A stretch of 32,000 nucleotides of DNA, from NCBI RefSeq assembly GCF_936981045.1, contig NZ_OW441264.1, positions 990,001 through 1,022,000 of the forward strand, read 5' to 3'. Both the position numbers and the translations under genes were made by a program. The notes under the pieces were generated by a model. It worked only from the letters and a program-made list of their open reading frames with translations. It did not search any database and was not told the origin of the DNA. Positions within the stretch are counted from its first letter, which is position 1; every line of letters starts with the position of its first letter. Positions 1 to 8,388 of the stretch are shown piece by piece. Origin of the DNA: Candidatus Saccharimonadota bacterium. GTDB taxonomy: Bacteria > Bacteroidota > Bacteroidia > Cytophagales > Amoebophilaceae.

Positions 1-591
1 GCTTATGTAACCTTTATCGGCAAACATTTTACCCATCAAGCGTTTACACAAATCTTCTACAGGAAGCCTATCATTAGTTTTACCTGTAGTGAGTTGAAAG
101 TTCATAACCTCGCCTAAATCGTTGACTATCAAATGTAATTTGATGCCAAAAAACCAACCAGTACTGGTTTTACCTTTAGTAGCAATTGATGCAAAAACCT
201 TGTTAGAATGGGCTCTTTTGATGTTACAAACTTTGACAGCCGTAGCATCCATAAAGTAACAGCCTGTTTGGGTTTTAGAAAGACTTTTGGTAAAAAAGTA
301 AAAGGGAATCAAGGTTCTTTGAACCAGTTCGATGAACCTATTATAGCTTACTAATGTTTTAAACTCATTAGAATGAAACTGCTGTAAATGAAGATAATAA
401 GCCTTAAAATTTCTAAAACCAATCACGTGAAAGGCAATAATTATAGTCATTATTTCACTTAAAGTTAATGAACAGGTTCTAGTGGGTTTTCTTGCTGAAG
501 TGGGTAAGAGCTGTTTTTCCATATAGGGCATAAATTTTTTTAAAAACTCATCAACAGCATAATATATTTCTACTAATTTTGCTACATTCAT
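1..591 (-). CDS. IS982-family DDE transposase, N-terminal 197 codons (3' end outside window)
   Basis: My own reverse-strand translation: MNVAKLVEIYYAVDEFLKKFMPYMEKQLL...FMDATAVKVCNIKRAHSNKVF...GWFFGIKLHLIVNDLGEVMNFQLTTGKTNDR...FADKGYIS. The N-terminal VDEF motif and the DKGY motif are characteristic of IS982 transposases. Not in the ORF track because it is open at the window edge. Confidence 0.8.
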   Translation of the reverse strand, partial: MNVAKLVEIYYAVDEFLKKFMPYMEKQLLPTSARKPTRTCSLTLSEIMTIIIAFHVIGFRNFKAYYLHLQQFHSNEFKTLVSYNRFIELVQRTLIPFYFFTKSLSKTQTGCYFMDATAVKVCNIKRAHSNKVFASIATKGKTSTGWFFGIKLHLIVNDLGEVMNFQLTTGKTNDRLPVEDLCKRLMGKMFADKGYIS

Positions 592-694
592 AACTGGCTC
601 CTTTGTTAATTTTGCTACAAACTTGATCTCCAAATTTAAAACACAAAGGGGCTTTTTTAACACAATTTATAAACATTTAATCCCGAACTGACGT
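1..694 (-). mobile_element. IS982-family insertion sequence, partial (3' part lies beyond the left window edge)
   Basis: Minus-strand transposase ORF runs from the ATG at 591 to the window edge. A 103-bp leader ends at 694 with the terminus ACGTCAGTTCGGGATT (read on the minus strand). Ends starting AC are typical of the IS982 family. The MITE copies share this terminus at 15 of 16 positions. Confidence 0.8.
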
Positions 695-1049
695 TATTAA
701 AAAGCTTAAGTATAAACACGTGAGTTCGGGATTTATTTGACTGATTTACAACAATTTAATATCAATTATTTAGTTAATATTTGCACCTATTTAACAAGTT
801 TTTATATCTAATTTTATAAATATGATATATATAATAAACTGATTATCAGAATTATTTGTTATTCAACTACCTATTTAACTGTTTATAAAACAAATTTTAT
901 AAATTTTTATTAATATTGATTATCAAATGAAAAAATAATATAATCCCGAACTCACGTTAAACGATTAAAGAAGTAACATAATTTAACCATTTTATAACAC
1001 TAAAAGTCACTTTTTATACCAAAGCTTAAAACTCTATTGCAACGGCCTC
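695..1049 (-). mobile_element. Terminal remnant (~115 bp) of the IS5-family element, split by MITE copy 1
   Basis: 695..717 plus 958..1049 align base for base with 14448..14557, the transposase-proximal end of the intact IS5-family copy. The remnant ends in the same IR (..CTCTATTGCAACGGCCTC). It is cut on the left by the IS982 end. Confidence 0.8.
718..957. mobile_element. MITE copy 1 (240 bp, IS982-type termini)
   Basis: Perfect 16-bp terminal inverted repeats ACGTGAGTTCGGGATT / AATCCCGAACTCACGT. AT-rich, non-coding interior. Flanked by the direct repeat TAAAC (713..717 and 958..962). The uninterrupted target AAGTTTAAACGATT is present at 14460..14473. Confidence 0.85.
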
Positions 1050-1073
1050 AGAAAATATAGACGCGACAGAACC
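1050..1073 (+). repeat. Solo right-end remnant of the IS6-family element (inverted repeat only)
   Basis: AGAAAATATAGACGCGACAGAACC matches the right terminus of the full IS6 copies (..AAAACTATAGACGCGACAGAACC at 11093..11115). Confidence 0.75.
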
Positions 1074-1140
1074 CGCTGCTAAGCTAGCTCCTCAGCCATC
1101 TGGCTATGTTATAGAAAAAGCATAAAAACACCCCTTGATT

Positions 1141-1179
1141 TTTTGCCTACTTTGTAATCAATACAAAAAGTAGGCAAAA
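1141..1179. terminator. Perfect 13-bp stem hairpin downstream of the 1212..3008 gene (possible terminator)
   Basis: TTTTGCCTACTTT (1141..1153) pairs with AAAGTAGGCAAAA (1167..1179) across a 13-nt loop, 33 bp beyond the stop of the minus-strand gene. No clean U-tail on either strand, so the terminator function is uncertain. Confidence 0.35.
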
Positions 1180-1211
1180 CTTTCTTGATCCATTTAAGCT
1201 GTTTTTATCCT

Positions 1212-3008
1212 TCATGGCAAAGCGTCCACTACAAATTTATCTTTAGCGAAGCGTAGGACTGGGATATGCTGATTAGAATGCTGTTTGCCATAAGATACGC
1301 CCTGAAAAATAAGGCTACTGTAGTGCATATTTTCCCATTCTTTTTGAAAATAAGTACCATAACGTCCTAGCATTCTACCAAAAAATAGCATCATTTCATA
1401 ACCAATGTAGCTTTTTTCATTGGGGTGCGTACCATTTTTTTCAAAAAACTTCTTTCGAAACGCACTTAAAGCAGGCCTACTATAGTCGATGTAATTGGGG
1501 GATAAGAATAAAATAGGTAACCTTTTCAGTTGATATACATTTAATATCTCCTTTTTGATCCATTGCTCATGGCCTATAATTTGTGGTTTAATACCAAGCT
1601 TTAAGCAGAGACTGATTACGTTAGAGATGAACAACTCATGTTGAGATGGAACATAGATATGGGTTAGTTTTGTGTAATCCAATCTATCTTGTTTCGTACT
1701 TTCAAGTTTTTCTTCTTCTTGATTACTAGCTTGCTTAAAAAAGTTTTTAACCGTTGCACTAGAAAGTTGTACAAACAGATCTATGGGCTTACCTAATTGC
1801 TGCTCAACCCTATGTTTATATAGGGTTGCTTGCAACACCTCTTTCGGGTCCGTACCATAAAAGACGCCTATAGAAGGTTCCGTTGTTGCCTTACCATATA
1901 TATCACTTAGTGTAAGTGCTGCTGCTCTTTGGGCATAAGTTTCTAAATCAGGCTGAAAAAGAAAAGAAAATGGGTTTCCTTGGGTTACCGCAGAATTATT
2001 TGAAATAGGATTCACAAGATTAATCTTGTGTTTTTTAGCAAATGCAGCAACTAACGGAATCGTATCAGGATAGAGGGGGCCTATGATGAGATCCATATAG
2101 GGCATAGCTTCTTGTGCCAGCAATGCTTTTGTAACCGATACATCTCTTTTGGTATCAAACGCAAAAAGGTTCACAACAATACCCTCTTGAGCAAGCCTTT
2201 CTATAGCCAATTGTATGCCCTGATATAGCTCAATAACAAATTGATCTGTACATGCTGCATAATTCAATTCGTCTACAAAGAAGGGAAGCAAAACAGCTAC
2301 ATTATAAGCAGTTTTGTGCTTAGAGGTCAAGTGTTTCAAAGGATCGTATATGTAGTCTGAAAAATTATATTGCTGCTTTAACCTATGTAATAGAGAAAAG
2401 TATTGGGTAAGATAAGCCTGTCGGGCGACTTTTTTATGTAATATATCTTTGATAATAGGATCATCTGGAAATCTTTTGATCAGTTCTTGCAAAACGCCAT
2501 CATTTTCTATTTGTTTAAGGAAATATTTTTTCATTTGCAGAATCGGCTGTTCCATACACTTATCTTCAATCAAAGCAAGAGAGGCTAAAGCCTCTGCATA
2601 ATCTCCCGCTTCAAAACTACATTGCGCACACCAATAATGGATTTCATTGCGTTTGTTCCAAACTGGAAACTGTGCCTGTATCTCTAAAAAAGCTTGTCTG
2701 GCGGTTGCTTTTTCTCCATTGTGATAAGCTGCTAATGCATGGTAAAAATCAATGTAGGGGGACAAGGCGGAGGAATGGTGTATTTTTCTAAGTCCATCAA
2801 ATAACGATTTAGCCTCAGCATAATCTTTTGCTTTGTACACTTTCTTGGCTGTTTCATATTGCGCCAATAGAAGCTTTGCATGTCGATCTGACATACCTAA
2901 ACGCACTTTATATTTTGCCGCAGCAGTACCCCCTAAAGGGGGGCAAAACAAAAATAAGAATAGATAAACGTTAATAGCTGTTCTTGTTTTTTTTGTATAC
3001 AAGCGCAT
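1212..3008 (-). CDS. TPR-repeat / type-I periplasmic-binding-fold protein (LivJ- or LpoA-like architecture), secreted
   Basis: 598-aa ORF with a hydrophobic N-terminus. TPR-like helical repeats follow (KAKDYAEAKSLF, AAYHNGEKATARQAF, SFEAGDYAEALASL). The C-terminal ~350 aa resemble ligand-binding PBP1 domains (NVAVLLPF..., DLIIGPLYPD..., INLVNP). Product assigned by eye, not by search. Confidence 0.6.
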   Translation of the reverse strand: MRLYTKKTRTAINVYLFLFLFCPPLGGTAAAKYKVRLGMSDRHAKLLLAQYETAKKVYKAKDYAEAKSLFDGLRKIHHSSALSPYIDFYHALAAYHNGEKATARQAFLEIQAQFPVWNKRNEIHYWCAQCSFEAGDYAEALASLALIEDKCMEQPILQMKKYFLKQIENDGVLQELIKRFPDDPIIKDILHKKVARQAYLTQYFSLLHRLKQQYNFSDYIYDPLKHLTSKHKTAYNVAVLLPFFVDELNYAACTDQFVIELYQGIQLAIERLAQEGIVVNLFAFDTKRDVSVTKALLAQEAMPYMDLIIGPLYPDTIPLVAAFAKKHKINLVNPISNNSAVTQGNPFSFLFQPDLETYAQRAAALTLSDIYGKATTEPSIGVFYGTDPKEVLQATLYKHRVEQQLGKPIDLFVQLSSATVKNFFKQASNQEEEKLESTKQDRLDYTKLTHIYVPSQHELFISNVISLCLKLGIKPQIIGHEQWIKKEILNVYQLKRLPILFLSPNYIDYSRPALSAFRKKFFEKNGTHPNEKSYIGYEMMLFFGRMLGRYGTYFQKEWENMHYSSLIFQGVSYGKQHSNQHIPVLRFAKDKFVVDALP

Positions 3009-3160
3009 GTTCTAGGTAGATTTAACCCCGTGTAAATGTACAGGCTAACCAACCATTTGGTATGGCTACATATTGTGATGACCAAGCATAAAATAATAGA
3101 AAATATAGATTTATTTCATCTTTATGGCATAAAAAATGATTTCCAAAGCAATGGGTTGGC

Positions 3161-4492
3161 GGCTTTGTCCACTTAAGTGTGTAAATTATTTTTTTGGTTT
3201 TATTCAATTCTGTTTTCAAATTTAATTAAAAAATGTGCCATAGTCTCGCTCCAGTTATGAATAGAGGTGGTCCATTTTCTAGTCATGTAGTTAATAGTTA
3301 GATATAATGTTTTAAAAACAGCTAGATCGTTAGGGAACACTTTTTTATTTTTGGTAACTCTACGAAATTGGCTATTTACGGATTCCAAACATTTGTTGTG
3401 TAAATGACCTTACGTATGGCATTAGGGTACTGTAAAAATACCATCAGATTATCCCAGTTAGCATACCAAGATTGGGCTATTTGTGGGTATTGTTGATTCC
3501 ACTTAGTAGCAAAAGCTTCTAAGGCCATCAATGCTTCTTGCTCGGTAACTGCTGTATAAATTGGTTTTAAATCAGCAACTAATACCTTTCTATGTTTATA
3601 AGAAACATACTGCAAACTACCCCTAATTGCATGAACAATACAGAGCTGATGTTCCGTTTTTGGGTATACAGCAGCAATGGCCTCAGACATGCCTGACAAA
3701 TTATCTGTACATGCAATGAGCATATCGTTCATACCCCGATTTTTGAGTTCTGTTAAATTGCCTAACCAAAATTTAGCCCCTTCATTTTCACTCATCCAAA
3801 GCCCTAAAACATCCTTTATGCCAGATCTATCTATACCTAAAGCGACATAGACTGCCTTGTTGATGATGCGCTTATCTTGTCTAACTTTAACTACAAAGCA
3901 ATCAAAAAAAACAATAGAATAGACTGATTCTAAGGGACGATTTTGCCATATCTTAACATCTTCAATAACAGAATCTGTGATGTTACTTATCAGGCTTTCA
4001 CTTACTTCTGCGCCATATAATTCCTGTATTTGAATCTGAATATCTGACAGACTCATACCTTTAGTATATAAAGATAAGATCTTATCATCCAAACTAGGAA
4101 TTCTTGTTTGACGCTTAGGCAATAAAATAGGTTCAAAAGTCGATGCTCTACCTCTGGGTACTTCAACCGATATAACGCCATTATCAGTAATAACTTGCTT
4201 ACTGCATAATCCATTACGTACATTCTCTGAATCACTACGTGCATACTTATTATAACCTAAATGGTCATCCATTTCTGACTGTAATGCTTTTTCTACAAGA
4301 CGCTTACTTAATTGTTTGAGTAAGCCGTCTTGATCAAAAAGTCTGGAAAGGTCTACACCTGATTCTATCAGTACATCTATGGCCTTGCTTATCCCATCTT
4401 TAACTGTCTCTTTTCTTTTCATTGTTTTAAGTGTTATGATTTAGGTAAAGATAAATCCTAAAAAATATTTACACACTTAAAACAAAAGACCC
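3161..4492 (-). mobile_element. IS256-family insertion sequence, copy 1 (1332 bp)
   Basis: Imperfect ~26-bp terminal IRs: GGCTTTGTCCACTTAAGTGTGTAAAT at 3161, and the reverse complement of GGGTCTTTTGTTTTAAGTGTGTAAAT ending at 4492. Nearly identical to copy 2 at 17380..18709. No flanking direct repeat. Confidence 0.85.
3200..4422 (-). pseudogene. IS256-family (mutator-type) transposase with one frameshift
   Basis: ORFs 3376..4422 (348 aa) and 3200..3388 (62 aa) together give a ~407-aa IS256 transposase. The break falls inside the conserved YTTN-x-x-ES-x-NS motif (..VIYTTNVWNP* then LESVNSQFRRVTK in the -1 frame). Confidence 0.8.
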
Positions 4493-4589
4493 ATCTAGAT
4501 AGCATTGTATAGGGGGAAGTGGCTTATTTAGAATTCAATAATTTTTATGTAGTACTGATTACGAGATAAATTTTTGCAAGCAGTTAACC

Positions 4590-5537
4590 TTAAATTAGTT
4601 CTTCTTGTTTTAAACGATTCCATTCTCGAATAAACAAGCCTGTTCTTAGAGAACTATCTGAAATAATGATCTCTTCTAGATTACATGTTTTAAGAATCAC
4701 CTTAATAAGGATAGCTGATAATGGAAGTAGTTTTAAAAAAACAGATTCAATAGAAAGCTTTTTTTGCCAAACATATACAGGCGTCGTTAGTATAACTTGA
4801 TAAAGTTCAAAAAACTGCTCCGCAGAGATTCTTTTTATGCTACTATTTGCTTTAGTAGCTGAAAAATTATAGTGGCATGTATATAACATCATTAATGTGC
4901 GAAAAGCACCAGAGCTTCCAATGAGTTGTCTAGGCCTATAGCGTTTTGTTTCAACAAAAAGCGGTGCTAAGGCAGTGCGGTAATAGTCTTCTAAAAGGTC
5001 TACTTGGAGGGGTGTGATAGGATCACTATAGGAAAATTGAGCGGCAACACGCCGTATGCCCAATGCAAAACTTCTTTGCCATAATGGTTTTACATAGTCA
5101 AAAATAATACACTCCACACTCCCACCTCCTATGTCTATAATTAAACCATACCCATCTGTTAATGTAAAGCAAGCGCTAATACCATGATAAATTAACGTAG
5201 CCTCCTCTATGCCAGAAATGATTTCTACTTCAATATCGGTTGCAGAACGAATAGCTTCAATGATCTCAACTGCATTAGGTGCATCCCGTAAGAGACTTGT
5301 AGCCTTGGCAACAATAAAGCGAATACCATTTATATCCAACTTTCTTTTAATAGATACTAGCGTATCTACAATATTTTTTTGTTCCTCTAATGAGATATGC
5401 ATCGCATACAAAGGCTGTTGAACCATAGCTTTTGTAATTTTTTCTTCATAAAGCACTGTATACTTTTCCTGGTCAACTGCTCCTACTAAAACATTTATAA
5501 CATTCGTACCTAAATCAATAACAGCTAATTTTGACAT
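4590..5537 (-). CDS. Ppx/GppA-family phosphatase (short, ASKHA-fold only)
   Basis: 315 aa with the motifs VIDLGTNVINVLV, ATSLLRDAPN, ISGIEEATLIYHG and IIDIGGGSVE, which are typical of exopolyphosphatase / pppGpp phosphohydrolase N-terminal domains. Confidence 0.7.
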   Translation of the reverse strand: MSKLAVIDLGTNVINVLVGAVDQEKYTVLYEEKITKAMVQQPLYAMHISLEEQKNIVDTLVSIKRKLDINGIRFIVAKATSLLRDAPNAVEIIEAIRSATDIEVEIISGIEEATLIYHGISACFTLTDGYGLIIDIGGGSVECIIFDYVKPLWQRSFALGIRRVAAQFSYSDPITPLQVDLLEDYYRTALAPLFVETKRYRPRQLIGSSGAFRTLMMLYTCHYNFSATKANSSIKRISAEQFFELYQVILTTPVYVWQKKLSIESVFLKLLPLSAILIKVILKTCNLEEIIISDSSLRTGLFIREWNRLKQEELI

Positions 5538-5586
5538 TTTATTAAAATTAAAAAGCTGTTCTATTGCTTATTGTGTTGAACATGAT

Positions 5587-6441
5587 CTAAATAACTATTT
5601 TCTTCTCTAAGAAAGAGACACTCCATTTTAGATATAATGTCATATCAAGCATGATCTTGTTTGCTATTTTTCCATAGCCTGGAATAGTGTAGTTCGATAC
5701 CTGACCATCTTCATTTTTTGTGCAGTGCACAAGATGGGCTATCCCAAGTTGCATACCTCCATAAAGTTGGGGCAACAATCTACGCTCAGACCCCCCAATG
5801 AACTTTATCCAACCTGCTCTAAAGGGCTTGGAGGCAGAAGGTATATCACCATTACAAAACGTAATAAGATCAAATCGACTCTGCCCATAAGCGATGCCAA
5901 AATAAGCATTGGTAAAATGTTTGGGGTGAATTACATATAGAAGGGCTCCTAAAACATATCGACCTTGTGACCTATAGTTGAGTTGCTTACCATAGACTAT
6001 ATCTTTAGATTGATCAAATAGATATCCGAAATCAACAGATAACTGTATAGGGCCACGGAGATGAAGGTCAATCCCTCCTTCAAAACGCTTTTGTTCCTTG
6101 GACCACAAATTCCGTAAGAGTTCTAACCAGTTTATTCTTACCCCAACCTGCTGTACAAGAGGCGTATAACTAGGTATATGCATGGGTTTAGAAACAAAAA
6201 AGAGATGCAAAAGGTCCATAGCATTTCTATGTGCCACTTTGACCAATGGCAAAGCTTTTTTTTGAAGACCGTCTTTTTCTAAAGGTACATGGGCTACTTC
6301 CGGAGCAGGAGCTGCTGCTTCTTTTTGAAGGAGCCTACTCACTAGAACATCATTGTGTGGATTTGCCCCAATGACTGTAACACCAAACCATATATGGACA
6401 ACGATAATGAGTAAGATTCTTATTTTTAATGCACACTGCAT
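5587..6441 (-). CDS. Hypothetical secreted / possibly outer-membrane protein
   Basis: 284-aa ORF with a signal-peptide-like N-terminus (RILLIIVVHIWFGVTVIGA). Its C-terminal half has alternating aromatic/glycine patterns. No recognisable family. Confidence 0.45.
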   Translation of the reverse strand: MQCALKIRILLIIVVHIWFGVTVIGANPHNDVLVSRLLQKEAAAPAPEVAHVPLEKDGLQKKALPLVKVAHRNAMDLLHLFFVSKPMHIPSYTPLVQQVGVRINWLELLRNLWSKEQKRFEGGIDLHLRGPIQLSVDFGYLFDQSKDIVYGKQLNYRSQGRYVLGALLYVIHPKHFTNAYFGIAYGQSRFDLITFCNGDIPSASKPFRAGWIKFIGGSERRLLPQLYGGMQLGIAHLVHCTKNEDGQVSNYTIPGYGKIANKIMLDMTLYLKWSVSFLEKKIVI

Positions 6442-6470
6442 AGCTAAAATACCAATATTTAAGTGTAAAC

Positions 6471-7370
6471 TCAGCCATCATGCTTGTCCTCAAGCACGGC
6501 CATGACCCATCTTTCTTTTTGATGTATATCCTTATATAAGCATACTTGCTTAAAATTTGCACGATGTAGTAAATCTACAATCTTTTCACCTAATGCTTCA
6601 TTGATTTCTAAACAGAGTGTACCATTTAGGCTCAAATGACGAGCCGCAAGTTGAATAATCCGCCTATAGAATAGAAGTGGATCAGCATCATCCACGAACA
6701 AAGCCAAATGGGGCTCATAGTCTAACACATTTGCATGCATAAGAGACTGCTCCTGCATGCGCACATAGGGAGGATTGCTAACGATTAAGGACCAATTGGA
6801 TAAAGGAAATGACTCGGTTAGCATATCAGCTTCTATAAAACGCACTGCTACACCTAACTGCGTTGCATTATAAGCAGCCACTGCTAGTGCCTCTTTACTG
6901 ATATCTATGGCCTCTACGGCCGCCTGGGGGAATCGCTGTTTGAGTGTAATTGCAATACAACCACTACCAGTTCCTATGTCTAATATGGAGGTGGGATGTG
7001 TGAGATGGTGCATTAAAAATGTGACCCATTCTTCTGTTTCTGGCCGTGGAATAAGTACCGCAGGCGTTACTTTAAAAAGGTTACCAGCAAAATAAGTGGC
7101 GCCAATAACGTATTGAATGGGCTCATGTTTTTGTAATCTACTTACTGCATCTAAAAGCTTCTTTTGAATAGCAAGTGGAATGGTGCACAATGTATTTAGC
7201 ATATAGTCTGTTGCATCAACTTGTAAATAGGCATTCAACAATTGTTGAATCATAGCACGGCATTCTAGTTGGTTTGGTATGGCCAACGTTAGTGCTTGAC
7301 ACAATAGATCGGATAGCGTTCGAAGTGGTATTGCAACTACAGAAGTTGCTGAATTAGAAAGTAAATTCAT
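6471..7370 (-). CDS. prmC: Peptide chain release factor N5-glutamine methyltransferase
   Basis: Motifs EPIQYVIG, VLIPRPETE, ILDIGTGSGCIA, AIDIS and SNPPYV. Start placed at MNLLSNS (ATG at 7370). The longer track ORF (to 7445) runs into the IS110 left end, which begins at 7403. Confidence 0.85.
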   Translation of the reverse strand: MNLLSNSATSVVAIPLRTLSDLLCQALTLAIPNQLECRAMIQQLLNAYLQVDATDYMLNTLCTIPLAIQKKLLDAVSRLQKHEPIQYVIGATYFAGNLFKVTPAVLIPRPETEEWVTFLMHHLTHPTSILDIGTGSGCIAITLKQRFPQAAVEAIDISKEALAVAAYNATQLGVAVRFIEADMLTESFPLSNWSLIVSNPPYVRMQEQSLMHANVLDYEPHLALFVDDADPLLFYRRIIQLAARHLSLNGTLCLEINEALGEKIVDLLHRANFKQVCLYKDIHQKERWVMAVLEDKHDG

Positions 7371-7402
7371 GGGATTCTTGCCATGCACTCTGCTGAGTTG
7401 TC

Positions 7403-7736
7403 GTATGTTTATAGAGGAAAAAAATACCTGGAAAAAGGCCGCCACAAGGTTGGTTATTAGATACCGTTAAATACGTTGAGCCCCCAGGTCTTTCATCTTA
7501 AAAACTGAATAGTTCGGTAGGTCTTAAAGCCTGTATATGCGACGCTAGTTTAAAAGATGAATTAATATAGTATACATATAATAAGTTATGAAATACATAG
7601 GCATTGACCTAGGAAAAAGCAGCTTTGTAGCAGCTTTTCCCCAAGAGAAAGGATACCGTACCATCACCTATAAGAATGATCCCAAAGGAATTGAAACCTT
7701 TTTAGCTCAACTTGATAAAACAACGCATCACTGTGG
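7403..7736 (+). mobile_element. IS110-family element, 5' fragment (non-coding left end plus first 50 transposase codons), truncated by an IS6 terminus
   Basis: Aligns almost base for base with 15479..15817 of the longer IS110 copy. The ORF MKYIGIDLGKSSFVAAFPQEKGYRTITYKNDPKGIETFLAQLDKTTHHC is cut at 7736, where the IS6 IR starts. Confidence 0.85.
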
Positions 7737-7772
7737 ATTCTGTCGCGTTTATTCTAAAAAATCATTATTTTA
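7737..7772 (+). repeat. IS6-family left-end remnant (36 bp)
   Basis: GGATTCTGTCGCGTTTATTCTAAAAAATCATTATTTT matches the first ~36 bp of the full IS6 copies (GGTTCTGTCGCGTTTATTCTAAAAAATGATTATTTT). Confidence 0.8.
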
Positions 7773-8013
7773 ACGTGAGTTCGGGATTTATTTGACTGAT
7801 TTACAACAATTTAATATCAATTATTTAGTTAATATTTGCACCTATTTAACAAGTTTTTATATCTAATTTTATAAATATAATATATATAATAAACTGATTA
7901 CCAGAATTATTTGTTATTCAACTACCTATTTAACTATCTAATAAAACAAATTTTATAAATTTTCATTGATATTGATTATCAAATGAAAAAATAATCTAAT
8001 CCCGAACTCACGT
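7773..8013. mobile_element. MITE copy 2 (241 bp)
   Basis: Same terminal IRs and near-identical interior as 718..957. No flanking direct repeat. Both flanks are other IS remnants. Confidence 0.85.
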
Positions 8014-8028
8014 GGTTAGTATTTTTTT

Positions 8029-8096
8029 ATCTCCAAATTTAAAACACAAACGAGCTTTTGCAACTCATTTTTTATTTTCTAATCCAAAACGCACGT
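8029..8096 (-). repeat. Diverged terminal remnant of an IS982-like element
   Basis: ATCTCCAAATTTAAAACACAAACGAGCTTTT...AATCCAAAACGCACGT parallels the IS982 leader and terminus at 627..694 (ATCTCCAAATTTAAAACACAAAGGGGCTTTT...AATCCCGAACTGACGT). Confidence 0.6.
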
Positions 8097-8388
8097 ATTT
8101 AGTATCAGCACACTGCTAACTAGTAAGCATTTTACGCTATTGTTTGTTTTGTTTTTTATGAACCGCATCTGTTTGTTGTGTTTTGTTTTTGAATAGGATC
8201 ATTGATACAGATTTATTGTATCTGTAAGCTTGCGTTTAAGCATTGCTCCACCATCGTATAGTAAGTAAATTCTGATAATGACCCAAATTTATGGTATATC
8301 CTATATCAATTTTCTTTAGGTCTATTTGTAGGTAGGCGTAGTGTAGATGGGTAGCTACAACCATTTTGTAGATCACTTTAAACAGCGT

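Noticed and set aside
718-957. AT-rich internal subrepeats of the MITE as a possible CRISPR-like or tandem array
   Set aside because: There are only two loosely similar subrepeats per element, no regular repeat-spacer periodicity, and no cas genes. The whole unit behaves as a transposable element.
1076-1126. Possible 3' fragment of a gene truncated by the IS6 remnant (..AAKLAPQPSGYVIEKA-stop on the plus strand)
   Set aside because: It is only about 16 codons and cannot be assigned to any family from sequence alone.
3022-3219. 65-aa minus-strand ORF between the TPR/PBP gene and IS256
   Set aside because: It spans the IS256 terminal inverted repeat and the flanking spacer and has no recognisable motif. 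The same sequence at the other IS256 copy is not kept as an ORF in a different flank.
3376-3400. Programmed -1 ribosomal frameshift in the IS256 transposase
   Set aside because: There is no slippery heptamer and no obvious downstream structure at the shift site. A single-nucleotide deletion explains it. It is kept as a finding only because the lesion is shared by both copies.
4053-4244. 63-aa ORF nested in another frame inside the IS256 transposase, present in both copies (also 17628..17819)
   Set aside because: It is conserved only because the two IS copies are nearly identical at the DNA level. The composition is not protein-like and there is no independent support.
7371-7445. N-terminal extension of prmC (MAAFFQVFFSSINIRQLSRVHGKNP)
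   Set aside because: The extension is the antisense of the IS110 left end, which is identical to 15479 onward. PrmC homologs start near MNLL. The extension is therefore an accident of the insertion.
7588-7773. 61-aa ORF as an independent gene
   Set aside because: It is a chimera of the first 50 codons of an IS110 transposase and the IS6 inverted repeat read-through, not a functional gene.
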